Source of the DNA: Hydrolagus affinis
Taxonomy: Eukaryota
Direction: 5' to 3'
Assembly (NCBI GenBank): GCA_012026655.1
Contig: JAAILG010000225.1
Location: 1 to 64,000, forward strand
Length of the DNA stretch: 64,000 bases
Below are positions 1-12,444 of the stretch, one piece after another (the first letter of the stretch is position 1; the number at the start of each line of letters is the position of its first letter). The notes beneath the pieces were generated by a model, which was not told the DNA's origin, made no database searches, and was given only the letters and a program-made list of their open reading frames with translations. A program made the translations under genes and the position numbers.

Positions 1-105
1 TCCCTCCCACCCTTACTGATCCCAAGCCCAACTGCAAATCCTTGACTACCTGTCACCTCAAAACAATCTCCTGACGTGAAAGACGCTATACAAATGTAAT
101 CTGTT
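1..105 (+). mobile_element. L2 LINE 3' tail fragment
   Basis: ...tcctgacgtgaaagacgctatacaaatgtaatctgttg matches the L2 tail seen in longer copies such as 56489-57200. Confidence 0.65.
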
Positions 106-354
106 GTCGTCGAGCTGTGTGGAAGCATCTCCAGCTGCTTTGTAATTGTTCTTATTTGGTTTGTGCACCTGGTGTTCACAGACACAAAATAACTGAGTCA
201 GCCACGGGTTGTGCATATTGCGCAAGACCTGTGTTTTTGAAGCAAAGATCATTACTGCTGTGGGCTTTTGTTTTGAAAGCATGCATACATAAATCCTTTG
301 GCAAAGCCGGTCACTGCCATAAGTGTGTGACTAAGCCTTTCAACTCCAAACCCA

Positions 355-697
355 GGATCTGTGATGGCTTAATGTGTCTGGGCCAAGGTAGCCTTGGGTT
401 CAATTCCCAGGCAGGGTAAAATCTTATGTGAGTTTCCTCACTCCACATGACTTTACCTAGACTCAATCTGGTTGTTAATCGATTTGTGGATCGCTTTCCA
501 GGGGTAATAATTCCTCCCCCAAAAATTGAGCTGCTCAAACCATCACTGTTTATGGGACATTGCTGTGCGCAATCAGTTGCCATGTTTCGTCCACAACATA
601 CACAAGTCAGTCCTCTTAGCAATGTAAGTGAACAGTTTTGAGACGTTTCAACAATGTGATGAGACTCTGTATCAAATGAAGAATTCTTATTATTATC
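355..697 (+). mobile_element. tRNA-derived SINE, long subfamily, diverged
   Basis: B-box ggttcaattcc, tttcctcactccac, the internal gatcgctttccaggggtaataat segment, tgggacattgctgtgcgcaat and an (ATT)n-type tail. Confidence 0.8.
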
Positions 698-1390
698 TTA
701 ACACTTTTGCATGTGGGGAGGGAGGGAGGGGGGGAGGAGGGACAGATGCTATCCCTAAAGGTTAAAACAATGTTGGGTTTGAATGAGATGACCATTGAAG
801 GCTGAACATCCTGCAAACACTACCTTGCCTCAGATGAAAAATGGCCACTTTGGAAGAGAGATTGGTGGTGTGACTGGCAATAAAAGGACTCTGTTAATGT
901 TAGTCCTTAAAGAGGAAATCTGTATTTGTCAGTCAAGATTAATCGTGTATCTGGAAACCAATAAATATTTATAGGACTAAATGAAATGTCTCGCAGACAA
1001 ATTGGGCTTGACATGGGGCCAGTGTCTTGTATAATGAGCGCACTGCCTCTAATTAAGGTTAATGTTGACTTGTGCATCGCACCCACAACATTCGTTCCCC
1101 CCTATCTGGACGAGATGGAGAGCTACTAGCCACAGAGCTAGCTGTTACTGTCTTAAATTTCAAACAACACAATAGTAAATAACGTGGGACTCAGCGCAAG
1201 TTGAGCCCAGTGCTGCCATACTTCCTCAGATCACTGCAGTCCTTCAACTTAATTTCCATTCTTGATCTCGTTCTTGCTTTTCCCTACTTACAAAATGTCT
1301 TACAGCATATTGTTTCATCTCTTTCCCCACTCCCATCCGCCATCCCTTCTATCCCACTGTCAGTTTGCTCCTCACATTTTTTGTCCCACC

Positions 1391-1552
1391 ATTTTAAAAG
1401 AGAATTAGATCTTTATTTAGGGAGAACAGGTCTGTTAGGTTATGGGGGGAGAGCTGGGCAGTGGGATTGAGTTGCTCTTTTCAAAGAACTGGCACAGACT
1501 AGATGGGCCGAATGGCCTCCTTTTGTGCCATCAAATTCTATGATTCTATGAT
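1391..1552 (+). mobile_element. CR1 LINE 3' end
   Basis: Encodes FKRELDLYLGRTGLLGYG (CR1 ORF2 C-terminus), then gggccgaatggcctcct and an (attctatg)n tail; near-identical to the 3' end of the 31451-32007 copy. Confidence 0.9.
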
Positions 1553-1616
1553 CAGTGCCATGCTGCTATCCTGTCAAAATCCTTGTCCTCATTGAAAGCC
1601 ATGTTAACTCGTAAGA

Positions 1617-1800
1617 TCATAATAATACTAATAATCCTTGCATTTGATATAACACTTTTCACGTCTTCTAGACATCTAAAGTGCTTCACAGAATGTAAAG
1701 TGACTTGACTGTATATTTGTGGGCGAAAAGCAGCACCCAGTTGCACACGGCAATATCACACAAACAGTCGTGGATTGAAATGACCAATTTTATTAATTTT
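1617..1800 (-). mobile_element. SINE 3' half
   Basis: Reverse complement of the family tail (atccttgcatttgatat...gtggattgaaatgaccaattt). Confidence 0.9.
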
Positions 1801-2256
1801 ATTGTTGAATTCAAGCCATGAATTTTGCAGGTTTTAACACATCCTGTACTACGAGTTTATGAATGAGTCATATAATCGCATTTATTACCTGCAAAACTTG
1901 CAATGTAGTAATATAGGAGAGGCAAATACAAAATAAACATGGCCCTCCCATCTCCACAGGGGCCAGTTATGAACAAGGCACCCGACCACTATCTTCTCTT
2001 GTGTTCTATTAGTCAATCATTCAAGGTAATTGAGCAGCCTGAGTTGCGATCATGCAGCAAGATGAAGCGAAACTAACATTCTCCAATGTTGTAACATCCA
2101 ACCCCGAGCTAAGGCGCTATATCAAATTCAAGGATTATTATTAAGTTCTGAATTTCTAGATGACCAATTCTCTTGTCTGGCGTGACTGATACTGAGCCAT
2201 AAAAGCGCAGAGCAGCTAAATTTTGACACAGTTGAAAAGATTGCAGGTAAACATAC

Positions 2257-2440
2257 TAATAATAATAATAATCCTTGCATTTGATATCGAGCTTTCATGT
2301 CTTCTAGATGTCTCAAAGCGCTTCACAGAATATACTGTAAAGTGAATTGACTGCATATTTTTGGGCAAAACGTGGCAGCCAACTATACACAGCATTGTCC
2401 CACAAACAGTCATGGATTGAAATGACCAATTTATTTATGG
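2257..2440 (-). mobile_element. SINE 3' half
   Basis: Same family tail in reverse orientation. Confidence 0.9.
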
Positions 2441-3366
2441 TGTTCGGTTTTTACCTATTGTTTAAGTACACACCTATGTTTAGGACCACGTGTATGTGGA
2501 TTTTGTATTCAACTCTGTTAGCATGCCAGTCGCTATCTCCTTCAGTTGATCTAGTTCATGTGTGTGGTTTTTGTTTAAAAAAAACCAATGCCATATTCAA
2601 ATTAATTATACCGGTACTTTGTAAATTATACAGGTGAGGAGAGTGAAAGTCACTCAGCCTCCGAAGGGCTGACCTACATAAACTGCTGAAAACAGCATCT
2701 TTTCCTGTCAGTAAGCATTGTATGATGAGAACTGTAATTCATTATTAAAATGCATAAAATTTAATTTCCTTTCCACTGGTAACTGCGCTGTTTGTTTTCA
2801 GCCTAGGGACTTCTATTGGCACTTTATACCAGTACTAAATTAATGTTTTACACTTCGGTACAAATGTTTTTGATTAGTTGTCTTATTTGGGAGTGGGGGT
2901 TGGGGGAACCACACAATTCTCTCCACACTTCTCCTTAGATGAGTATTTAGTGAAGGACTTTTGCCTTCTGAACATAACATCATGTGAATACAATTGAAAC
3001 ATGGCTCAGCTGTGTGTTTGGAGGAGCAATAATCGACACAGCGAATGGGCATAGCGTAAACTTGGACCTCTCCTTTGGCATTATGGTCAGCTGTGTAACG
3101 TTGTACATTTTGTTGCTGAGGCATTATTGAAAATTAACATTTGTTTAGAGATTCCCATCTCTTTTTCTTCTTCCAATTGTTGCACTGAACATCATTATCT
3201 GCCATGAAAATGATGGCGCTCACACCTGTCCTCTGGACATCTTAATACAGTTAAACATTTGTCCCGCATACAATTAAGCACTTCTAAATACAGTCATTGT
3301 TCTTCCATGTGTGGCTGAGTGTGTTTATTTAACAAAAATGGTGACAGGTCTTTGTGGACACCCTGT

Positions 3367-3545
3367 AATTATAATAATTATTATTACTATAATAATCCTT
3401 GCATTTGATACAGCACCTTATTGCTGTCTCAAAGCGCTTCATAGGATATACTGTAAAATGAATTGACTATTTTGTGAGTGAAACGCGACAGCCAATTAAT
3501 TGTGCACAGCCGTATCCCATCGTGCAATGAGTGACCAATTTATGC
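3367..3545 (-). mobile_element. SINE 3' half
   Basis: Same family tail in reverse orientation. Confidence 0.85.
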
Positions 3546-4359
3546 TTATTTATTTAGTTATCCGGACCCCAAATGAAATGGAGTTGGGCTGAGCAGTCCT
3601 GTTGCACTGTTACCCCACACAATCCCCTCAGGGGTGGAAGGGAGATACAAAGGAGCAAACAACATAAATTGAATCCATGAGAATTCGTTTGCAGAAAATG
3701 TCCCAATTATTACTTACGTTTGCCAATCGGATATTATTTAGCAATTTGGGTGTGTTTTGTGTTGTGTGGTTATCCATACATGTCCTGACCTGTCAAACCT
3801 GGTGTAAAGCTAGTCATGCTGCTGGCGTAACTCTGGAAATACAGAATAACATTGCCCAATAGTTTTGATGTTTTTACTTTATTTTTCTCTTTCCCATCTT
3901 CCTTCCACCCTGTCGTTCGACATTTGGTGTGGCATTTACACAGCAGTGTCTTTTTTAGTCAACTCTTGTAGTTTACCACTCTACTATTCCACTATCACAA
4001 GCAAGTGAAACTCTTACCTGGTCCAAATTGTTTCGTTCGGGCTCAGTACTACAGCAGAACCTGTGAGTTTTGTTACTCTTGACAGACTGACACTGTCTTT
4101 TCTCTGAACGTGCCTTATACAGTACTAATTCCCTGAAGAGCATCCATATTGCCTCAGTGCGACATGTGTCAATGCCCCTGTTTTCTGGAGTTTTTACGAT
4201 AGGCAGTTTCCACTTCACAAGCAAACTGTGATCGGGCCATGTGCTTGGGCTTTTGGTCTGCTTTCTCATCTGGGGTTGTGCATATTGCGATGATGCATTA
4301 TAATTTGGGGATGTAATAAACATCCCCTCCCCCCCCGCCCCCCCAAAAGTGCAGCCTCC

Positions 4360-4520
4360 CAGTCCATGATTTTTTGTGGGACACTGCTATGCGCAATTGG
4401 CTGCTGCATTTCACCCGCAAAATACAATCGCTCCTCAATACAGTGTATTCTGTGAAGTGTTTTGAGACGTGTCAATGACACGGTGAGGCTCTATATCAAA
4501 TGCAAGGATTATTATTATTG
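4360..4520 (+). mobile_element. SINE 3' half
   Basis: tgtgggacactgctatgcgcaattggctgc...atatcaaatgcaaggattattatt. Confidence 0.9.
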
Positions 4521-5129
4521 CATGTAATGTGCAACTGGACAATGCGTTTGAATGTTTTATGTCGATGGAAACGTTGAACTACATTGACACAGCACAGCCA
4601 CAAAGCTGTAGTTAGGCCAGATAGATTGTTATTCTTTGGGAATCGCCTAACCTAAAAGCAAACCAAGGATCAAATGTGTCTCATAATAAAATGTATCCAC
4701 AGAAAACACTGTTGCATTGTGAGAGGCTTTTAATCACCATGACATCTAATACTGTACTACAGTGTTATAATATTCAACACCCACAGAAATGCAGGAAGCT
4801 ACACAATGTTGCTTGTGAAACCCTGCAGAATGAATACTCCCTGTCACTAAATTTGCCTCAGGTTTTATATTTGCTGGCAACAGTCTGATGGTGACCGTGC
4901 GTTTTGAATTCCAGCTTTGCTGGTCAGCGCTGTGTTAGCTTTGCTGCGTGCCAAAGATCACGCTTAGAACTGAAGCAACGATCGTAGAGAAACAGTAAAC
5001 CAGGAAGGTGAATGTTCCGAGGTACTGTCAAGTAAAGTGGTTGGATACAGGTTAGACGAGTTAATTTCAATGCAGATCATTCTAAATCTTTACCTTTTGG
5101 GGTAAAGATTGGGTGAAGTGGAAGAGAGT

Positions 5130-5357
5130 ACAACAACAACTTCGATTTATATAGAGCCCTACCCGGACTGCGTCTCAGAACACTTCACAATAGCGGGTCC
5201 CGGGACCGAGGCAGGGGTAGAAAAGTGACCAAAGCACCGGTTGAAGAGAAAGTAGAACAAGAAGTGCTGAGCAGAGAGCCAAGGGATTTCAGCGCTTTGG
5301 GACGTCCTCCCGATGTGAAAGGCGCTCTACCAATGTAATTTTGCTGCTGTTGTTGTT
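5130..5357. mobile_element. Two L2 3' tail fragments in opposite orientations
   Basis: Minus copy beginning with (caa)n at about 5130-5260; plus copy cagcgctttgggacgtcctcccgatgtgaaaggcgctc at about 5290-5357. Confidence 0.7.
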
Positions 5358-5559
5358 TTCTTAGGTGAGGACATCTTGGCTTTTTCTTCTGTTAATTGTA
5401 TTTGGCTGCAATATCTCCCATCATCAGGAGGCAGTCCTTCAAATGGTCATTGTGCTGCCTAGGTACTCAGTTCATCTCTACGCTCTATAGAATGCCTAAA
5501 ATAATCGCAAACTCCTCCCGTCGTGTGAAGGAGCTTGAATTTTTATACAGCCTCTTAAA

Positions 5560-5915
5560 AGTCTCAAATCACTTAACAATAATTACTGTGACTGTGCTGA
5601 AGGCAAATGTAGCAGCTATTTTTCCATTGATATCCACAGTGAATCGCCAATTAATCTGTAGCACCGTTGGCCCGGATCCCGGAAGAAAATCCTTTCTCTC
5701 TTGAATAATGCCATGACCTCCCATCTAACCAGGCAGACAGGACATTGGTTTAGCGGCTTTGAAGGACTACACTTTTGACAGTGCAGTGCTCGCCGAGCAC
5801 TGCCATAGTGTTAGCCCGGTCAGTAAGCTCAAAAAAAATCCCGACGTAAGACTTCAAATTCTCAACCTTGTGACCGGAGGTGAGTGTGCTACCAACTGAG
5901 CAAGGTTGACATTTG
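5560..5915 (-). mobile_element. Ancient DeuSINE (SacSINE1/AmnSINE-like)
   Basis: Deu-domain-like gccatg...caggcagacagg...ggttta...gacagtgcag, plus the reverse of the tRNA head (aaccttgtgaccggaggtgagtgtgctaccaactgagc). Confidence 0.75.
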
Positions 5916-6294
5916 TGCAATAATTATTCCGCAACTGTGCTTACAAGTGAGGACATAATTCGGCCTGCCTCCACTCTAAATGGTTGATTAAATAGTGCAA
6001 CACACTCCAGGAGGTGTAAGGAAAGCCATTGAGATTCAGCGGGGGAATGAATCGGAATACCTGGTGTCTTGGGAACCAGTAAAGCACAGCTTCCGCCAAA
6101 ACTGTTCGCAAAATACTGCAGGTACTGAGCGGGAAACTACAATACAATAGGACAAGTAAGTGAACTTACCCCCAGGGTTCAGGTAGCAATAAAACCCGCT
6201 GTGGTTGGATTCCCCCTTGGATGATTTTTATGAGAAGTCAGGTTTGCTGTCTTGTGGATGCAGATCTATCATTTTTACACTCCCGGGCAACTTA

Positions 6295-6435
6295 TATAAT
6301 ACAATAATAATAATCCTTGCATTTGAAATACCCCTCATCACATCGTTGAACAGAATATATTATTGAATGGATTGACTCTGATTTTGTGGGCAAAACGGGG
6401 CAGCCAATTATGCACTGCGGTGATCCACAATTAAT
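6295..6435 (-). mobile_element. SINE 3' fragment
   Basis: Family tail in reverse orientation. Confidence 0.8.
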
Positions 6436-7439
6436 ATGTGCAGGGCCTTTCATGTTGAGTAACATCTTAAAGCACTTTACACAGACTGTAGTGGACTCAT
6501 AGCAGGTGACCATAGAAACATTCAAAGAAATAGGAATTCAAGAGGCTTTTAAATGCTGATTGGCGAGGGCTCCTAGGGGCAAGGGGCAGAGTGGTTGAAA
6601 GCAGCCGATTTTACAAAGCAATTCAAAGAGATGCCTCTGCCTGTCCTCGCCTAATTCTCACCACTCGCCAGCCTAGGGAACTAATTGAAATCTACTTTGC
6701 TGCTTTTACACAGTGACTGTGCAAGCTGTTTTTCCGAGGTGTGTTGTGCTCTCTGTGTGAAGTAAGAGAAAAAGAAACAAAAACATAACTGCACCAGGGG
6801 CAACAGAGGCATTTTCTTATGCAAAAATGTTGCCAATTAAACAAATTGCAAAAAATTCTCTTCCATTTTTGTAAATTAAAATTGCCGGAATTGGAATGCA
6901 TTCCTATCCAATTCTTTTCTTCAAGGTCAACACAAATAAGGTGTTTCATAATTGATTATCTTATAAGAGATAAATTATATAAACAGATGGTAGTGCACTG
7001 GAAATTGTCTTATTGAACGGTTGCTATATTGTTGCTTGATTGTCATTTGTATTATCTTTGGGGGTTAAAATTGTGCACAAACATCCTATATCCTTTTGAA
7101 ATTAAATTACAGAAGAATGGTTCTGAAGGATATGTGTTGCCTTGAATACAAGGATTGTGGTGTTATTTTGATCTGTGTAAATTGAATAAAAAGGCTTAGA
7201 TGTTCACCACAATGAGAAGAGTTTGTGTTATCGGAATTGTCTTGGTTGTTGCACATTTCAGAGCTTTAGGTGGTTAAAGGCATTGCTGATGACAGACCAG
7301 CCAGATTGGCTAATTGGTAGGACTAGGACTGACAGACCAGTCATAGGGGCTCTTCCCATTCAGCACTGATTAACCCTACAATCCAAGCCCTAACAAGTAG
7401 GGTAGTCTGAGCTCGATCTACAGCAGGAAAGCTTCCCGG

Positions 7440-7680
7440 TCGGTCAGTGCTTTCAATTGCAATCTATGCAGTTTGAGCTGGTTAGACTCCCAACAGTGCC
7501 CCAGTGCACACTCTGGGTTCCCTAAGCCTTGGCTCTTGCCAGCCTGCACCTAATACTCCCTAGAATTGGGTAAGCAGAAAGCATCCCTCCAGGGATAGAG
7601 TGCATATTCCAACAAATATCTCAGGAATTTCCATTGTTGGTGAGGTGCATAGAATTGCTAATGGGTGTTTTCACATTTCC
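7440..7680 (+). repeat. Unclassified interspersed repeat, copy 1
   Basis: Aligns by eye with 44700-44935 (cactctggg...ccttgcca...gagtg...tattcca...atctc..ggaatttccat) and with the reverse complement of 37260-37470. Confidence 0.7.
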
Positions 7681-8409
7681 CTACTCACCAAAACAATTCC
7701 TCCAATGGTTTACCTTCTTTCCCGAAGGCAGTAAAGTTTCCTGGAACAATTCTTTCCCCCCATCCCCCGCCATTCTTCACATATGAAAACAGATAGTGCG
7801 CACTGTCAGACTATTTGATCAGTAGGGAGATTCTATCCTTATCTAATGTAGACCTATGTCAAGAGAACAATTGTACCTTATTCTATGCATCTTTTTCTCC
7901 ATCCTGTCTAATATATAGCATAGGTTCCACACTGGCAGTAAAGGGATACTTGGAGATGTTTTCCAGAATGAAATGTGTTAAAACGCTTATTGTTTTTTCA
8001 GGGACATGGAGACAATGAACCTTTATCCTTCCCAAGATCACACCTGAAACGTTTTGTGATTTTTATTCACACCATTAGCACCTAGTTCAGTTTTATAATC
8101 AAAATGAATTACTTAATGGCTTTGGCTTCTGAAACACTAACCAGTTTTGCTTCAGTAACATAGGACCTGTGAACTCTGGGATGTCCCTTAACAGTGTTTT
8201 TTGCCGTGGTCCTCTTCGGGGTGATCTCTGAGCTGGTACTGAGCTGAGAGGAGATGAGCCTGGGAGCCCTTTCAACAATTTGGTTAATGTCTTTTCCCCC
8301 CCAGGGAGCATTTTATTTTCACAAAGAAACCAAAGGTGCTAATGGTGTGAATTCAGTTCCAGGGAATTTGATCGGGCACCAAAGGCATGAGCTCATCCTG
8401 CAGTCCATA

Positions 8410-8431
8410 AAAGGTCAAAAACACAAGGTCA
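8410..8431 (+). promoter_or_regulatory. AGGTCA direct repeat (DR8) containing NBRE and SF1/ERR-type sites
   Basis: AAAGGTCA-aaaacaca-AGGTCA within a repeat-free stretch. Confidence 0.3.
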
Positions 8432-9176
8432 TTGAATGGGTTTAACAAGAAAAGGCTTCGCTTTCATGGGACCAGAGTAAAAGTAATCAAGCTTATTTCA
8501 TTGAAAATCCCTTTTTACCAAGTTAGCAGAAAGAGGACCCTAACCCTCTGTCTTTTTTTAACACACCGATTTTCTCTGCAGGCTAGGTATGGGCTGATTT
8601 CCAGCTTTGTGGGAAAGCCGTACTCATAAATTTATTTTCATCCTTTAATAACACAGGCTTGTGATTTATAATCTCTTAATACGTTTTCGGCTCATATTGA
8701 CCTAACTAGCAGTCCGTGTTCCTACAGTATATTATCGCTACTTTAAGTGTTTGAACTTGGCGTGGCATAAACTTTGGATCGTGAGAGCAATTTGCAAGTT
8801 AATGTTTTTTTGATTACAATTTTCCATCCATATGGTGTTCATCAAGATGGGCCAGCCAGCACTGGCAGCACTTCAGAACTCCCTAAATTCAGGTAATAAT
8901 TTTCCACGCACTGACACACCAGAGACGAGTGGAATTTCAACCCTCTGTCAGATATGGTAGAATGTAGTCTGCTCTACTTTAGGTGTGCGGGCAGCGCAGT
9001 AAATCGACGTGGCCTCCAAAATGATTACCGTAACACAGGATCCCGTGTGAGATGAGCCCCCATGGCTGCCAGCTTGTCACCTATGGCCCAGTCAATCTCT
9101 TCTGTATTGATACGATGTAACCTTTTCCTCTACAATATTTCTGAAGAGCAAGTTTATGATTGGATTGGACTCCTGT

Positions 9177-9800
9177 AATTTAGTGCTGAGCACACTTGGA
9201 GAGGTCCTGGCTTTGTTTCCCCAGCAGGGCAAAACCCTAGGCAAGTTTCCTTACTCCACATGGCTCTTCATACCTCACAGTAAGCAGGGACCTGATTGTT
9301 AGCTGATCGGCAGATTGCTCTCTGTGAGTAATAATACCCTTTTTAAAAAAAATGATTTTGTCCTGCAATCCACAACTGTTTTTAATAATAATGATAATAA
9401 TCCTTGCAATTGATATAGCACTTTTCACGTCTTCTAGAAGTCTCAAAAGCGCTTCACAGAACACACTGTAAATTGACTGCATATTTTGGGCTAAATGTAG
9501 CAGTCAATTCTGCACAGCAGTGTCCACCAACAGTCATGAATTGAAATGTCTGACTTATTATTGTTTTTCTGAGGGATTATTGTTAGGGATGTGGGGTAAG
9601 GTAGCAAGGTTTTGCACTGCCTGGAATCGAACACAGCTCTCTCCCTTGTTAGGCGAACCACTGAGCTACAGAACTTTTGGGACACTGCTGTGTGCAATTG
9701 ACATTCGCCTTTTGGAGATAATTCTCTTTACAGTATATTCTGTAAAGCACTTGGAGATGACGTGATGAGTTGCTGTATCAAATGCAAAGATTAGTAATAC
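9177..9800 (+). mobile_element. Long-subfamily SINE interrupted by an inverted SINE
   Basis: Head and middle at 9177-9380; tail resumes at about 9676 (tttgggacactgctgtg). Confidence 0.8.
9383..9675 (-). mobile_element. Near full-length short-subfamily SINE nested in another SINE
   Basis: Tail at 9383; head ends ...cctggaatcgaacacag...ccactgagctacaga. Confidence 0.85.
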
Positions 9801-9922
9801 GATTTGTCATTTCTGAAAAACTGGCAGCAAGACCACATCTTTATTGCCTCTGTGTTTTGAGAGATCTCTGTTCTTTCCTGCACTTTGCTGAGGGATTTTA
9901 TGAGATCTAGAGTTCAGCGTTG

Positions 9923-10292
9923 TTCAGCTTGACTCATTTGGTAGTTTTCTCACCAAAGATCAGAGGATTATGGGTTCAGGACCCACGGAACCTGAGATCA
10001 CAGTCAAAATTGACACTTTACCACCTGACACCTTGCATATGAGATTAAACTGAAACTATTGCCATTATTTAAACAGAGAGAGGTGTTTCTCTGATGTTCC
10101 AGCCAACAACCCTTCAGAGCAATGTGTCATTCAACTCGTGCTTGTTTGGAGACTCCTGATGATACAGTACACAAATGCTCCATTTGCCTTTTTTTTTAAA
10201 AAAACACACAGTTGTTACACTTTGACAGTAATTCACCTGTGAAGTGCCTTGAGACGTTTTGATGTAAGAAGGTGCTATCTATAAAAGGCAAC
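9923..10292 (+). mobile_element. Ancient DeuSINE, diverged
   Basis: tRNA-like head (cttgactcatttggtag...tcagagg...tgggttcagg), gagattaaactga, and the tail ctgtgaagtgccttgagacg...gtgctat. Confidence 0.65.
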
Positions 10293-11019
10293 ATCTCACT
10301 TTTCTGATACTTTTTGCAAATTAGTTTGAAAAGAGCTCTTGGCAGATTGCGAAAACAAGAGCCAGACTCCGATTCCATTATGTAGAGCGGCAATGCAGGA
10401 ATCGTCTGCCATCTGTTCTAGGATTCTCATACAAATTCGAATTCTATCTTCAAAAAAGGGAACCAGGGGTTTGAGATTCATCACGATTGAGGAGTAAATG
10501 TGAAACGTATTAGCTGTTTTCTGTGTGTGTTGCGCATGTGGGCGATATATGGTGTTGGACATAAAACCTCTTATCGTTTCAAGCTTTTGTTATGCAGCCC
10601 AGTGCAAGGGTTCTCTGTGGTGTGTGATTTCACATGTATAAGCACTCCATGGCCACATTAAATGCTCCCAGGTGGGATTTGCAGCATAGGTCATTTGTTC
10701 TGCCTTGACGAACACATTTTGACCCCAACTTCAGAAACCCTTTGGTGGTGTGAATTGCTACTTTAATGCCAGCTTGTGGGACATCCCAAGCATTTATGAT
10801 GTGGATCTAAAGTAGGGAATGTAGTTGGTATTGACAGCCTTTCAAGTGGAACTGACGGGTCTGGCAGAATGACGAAATTCTCCAGTGTTCAAACAATAGG
10901 CGTCGAGCAATTTTGCACCAAATATGCCCGACACAGTAAACTTTGCATAAGTCTTATCTTTATACATCGTGCAAACACTCAAGTTGTACATTCACCTGAG
11001 TTCCATTCAGTTTCATATC

Positions 11020-11135
11020 TTGAGCTCCTGTAGCTCAAGTGTGAGACCTGTGTTTCGAATCCAGCCAGATCAGGGCGAAACCTTGGGCAAGTTTCCTTAC
11101 TCCACACACCTAATAATAATCTGTTCAAAAAAAAA
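11020..11135 (+). mobile_element. SINE 5' head, internally deleted
   Basis: ctcctgtagctca...cgaaaccttgggcaagtttccttactccacacacctaataataat. Confidence 0.8.
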
Positions 11136-11216
11136 CCCACTTGGATTTCTTTACACTACTATTGTTACTTCTAACTTCTAACTCATAATGCAATTCCCCT
11201 ATCTTTCATTACTCCA

Positions 11217-11396
11217 GCGCTGATGACATTGTGACATCCTGCACTGATGTCATCAGCGCAGGATGTCGATGCCTGCGCACTTACTGGCTGCTATGTTGAA
11301 TTGCGGGAAACGTGGCCTTCATCCATTGGTACATGCGCAGAAAAACTTCATTCCCCGTGATTTTATGAGATTCCTAACGTTTGCCAGTAAGAGCGC
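11217..11396. repeat. Palindromic, MITE-like segment
   Basis: 35-nt near-perfect palindrome at 11233-11267; 13-bp inverted repeat 11217-11229/11247-11259; inverted repeat gcgcacttactgg (11275-11287) with ccagtaagagcgc (11384-11396). Confidence 0.6.
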
Positions 11397-11417
11397 GTGC
11401 AAGTGAAGATAATACAA

Positions 11418-11719
11418 ATAATAATCATTCCATTTGATATAGCGCTTTTCACTTCTTCTAGACGTCTCAATGCACGGAATATACTGTAAAGTGAATATTT
11501 GTGGGCGAAACACGGCAACCAATTGCGCACAGCAGTGTCCCACAAACAGTCGTGGATTGAAATGACCAATTTATCATTGTGCTTTTTTTGGAGGGATTAT
11601 TATTAAGCATGTGGAATAAGGAAACTTGCCCAGGGTTTTGCCCTGACCTGCCTGGAATCGAACACAGGTCTTACACTTGTATGGCAAGTGCTCTAATCAC
11701 TGAGCTACAGGACTCCACA
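11418..11719 (-). mobile_element. Full-length short-subfamily SINE
   Basis: Complete from tRNA head (reverse of gtggagtcctgtagctcagtg) to tail. Confidence 0.92.
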
Positions 11720-11837
11720 CATCCAAGATGCATTGAATCGTATGAAATGTAGTCTTAACCGATCACTGCATGTGCCATTATCAACCGCACTGACGAAGTA
11801 CCGCATGCATTATGTAGATTATTGATTAAATAGGTTT

Positions 11838-12138
11838 GTGGAGTCCTGTAGCTCAGTGATTAGAGCACCCGCCTTGCAAACAAGAGACCTTGGTTCAATT
11901 CCCAGCAGGGCAAATACCTTGAGCAAATTTCCTTACTTCACACGCCTGATAATAATGCCTCAAGAAAAATAACAATAATAATTTGGTCACTCAATCCACG
12001 ACTGTTTGTGAAACATTGCCCTGCGCAACTGTCTGGTGTGTTTCGCTCACAAATGTACAGTCGATTCACTTTACAGTCTACCCTGTGAAGTGTGTTGAGA
12101 CGTGAAAAGTACTATATCAAATGCAAGGATTTTTATTT
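11838..12138 (+). mobile_element. Full-length short-subfamily SINE
   Basis: A-box tagctcagtg, B-box ggttcaattcc, conserved body and tail. Confidence 0.92.
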
Positions 12139-12444
12139 TCGATGACTGCTACTGTTTGTCTGCAGCTCTGACGTTTCACGCAAGTCACATTAGATGTTAT
12201 GGTCCTGACTAGTACGCCTTGTGGGAGTTTTGTTGTATTACACTTGCCATGTGTAGGTACGCCAGCCCTTTTCCACCCATCCATCTACACAGTGACTCTT
12301 TCATCTCTCTCTGACATTAGTTAATGATTTCTCCCACTTGTGGTTAATAATCTCATCAGAGAATTGTTCCACAAATGCTCTACCCATTGGTGACCTTTTT
12401 GTGATCCCACACATGTAAACGACCCATTTACAGGTCACTTGCGT

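Noticed and set aside
6030-6290. CpG-containing segments that may be old DNA-transposon relics (also about 8900-9060, 18220-18310 and 33080-33560)
   Set aside because: I could not establish a reliable alignment or termini by eye
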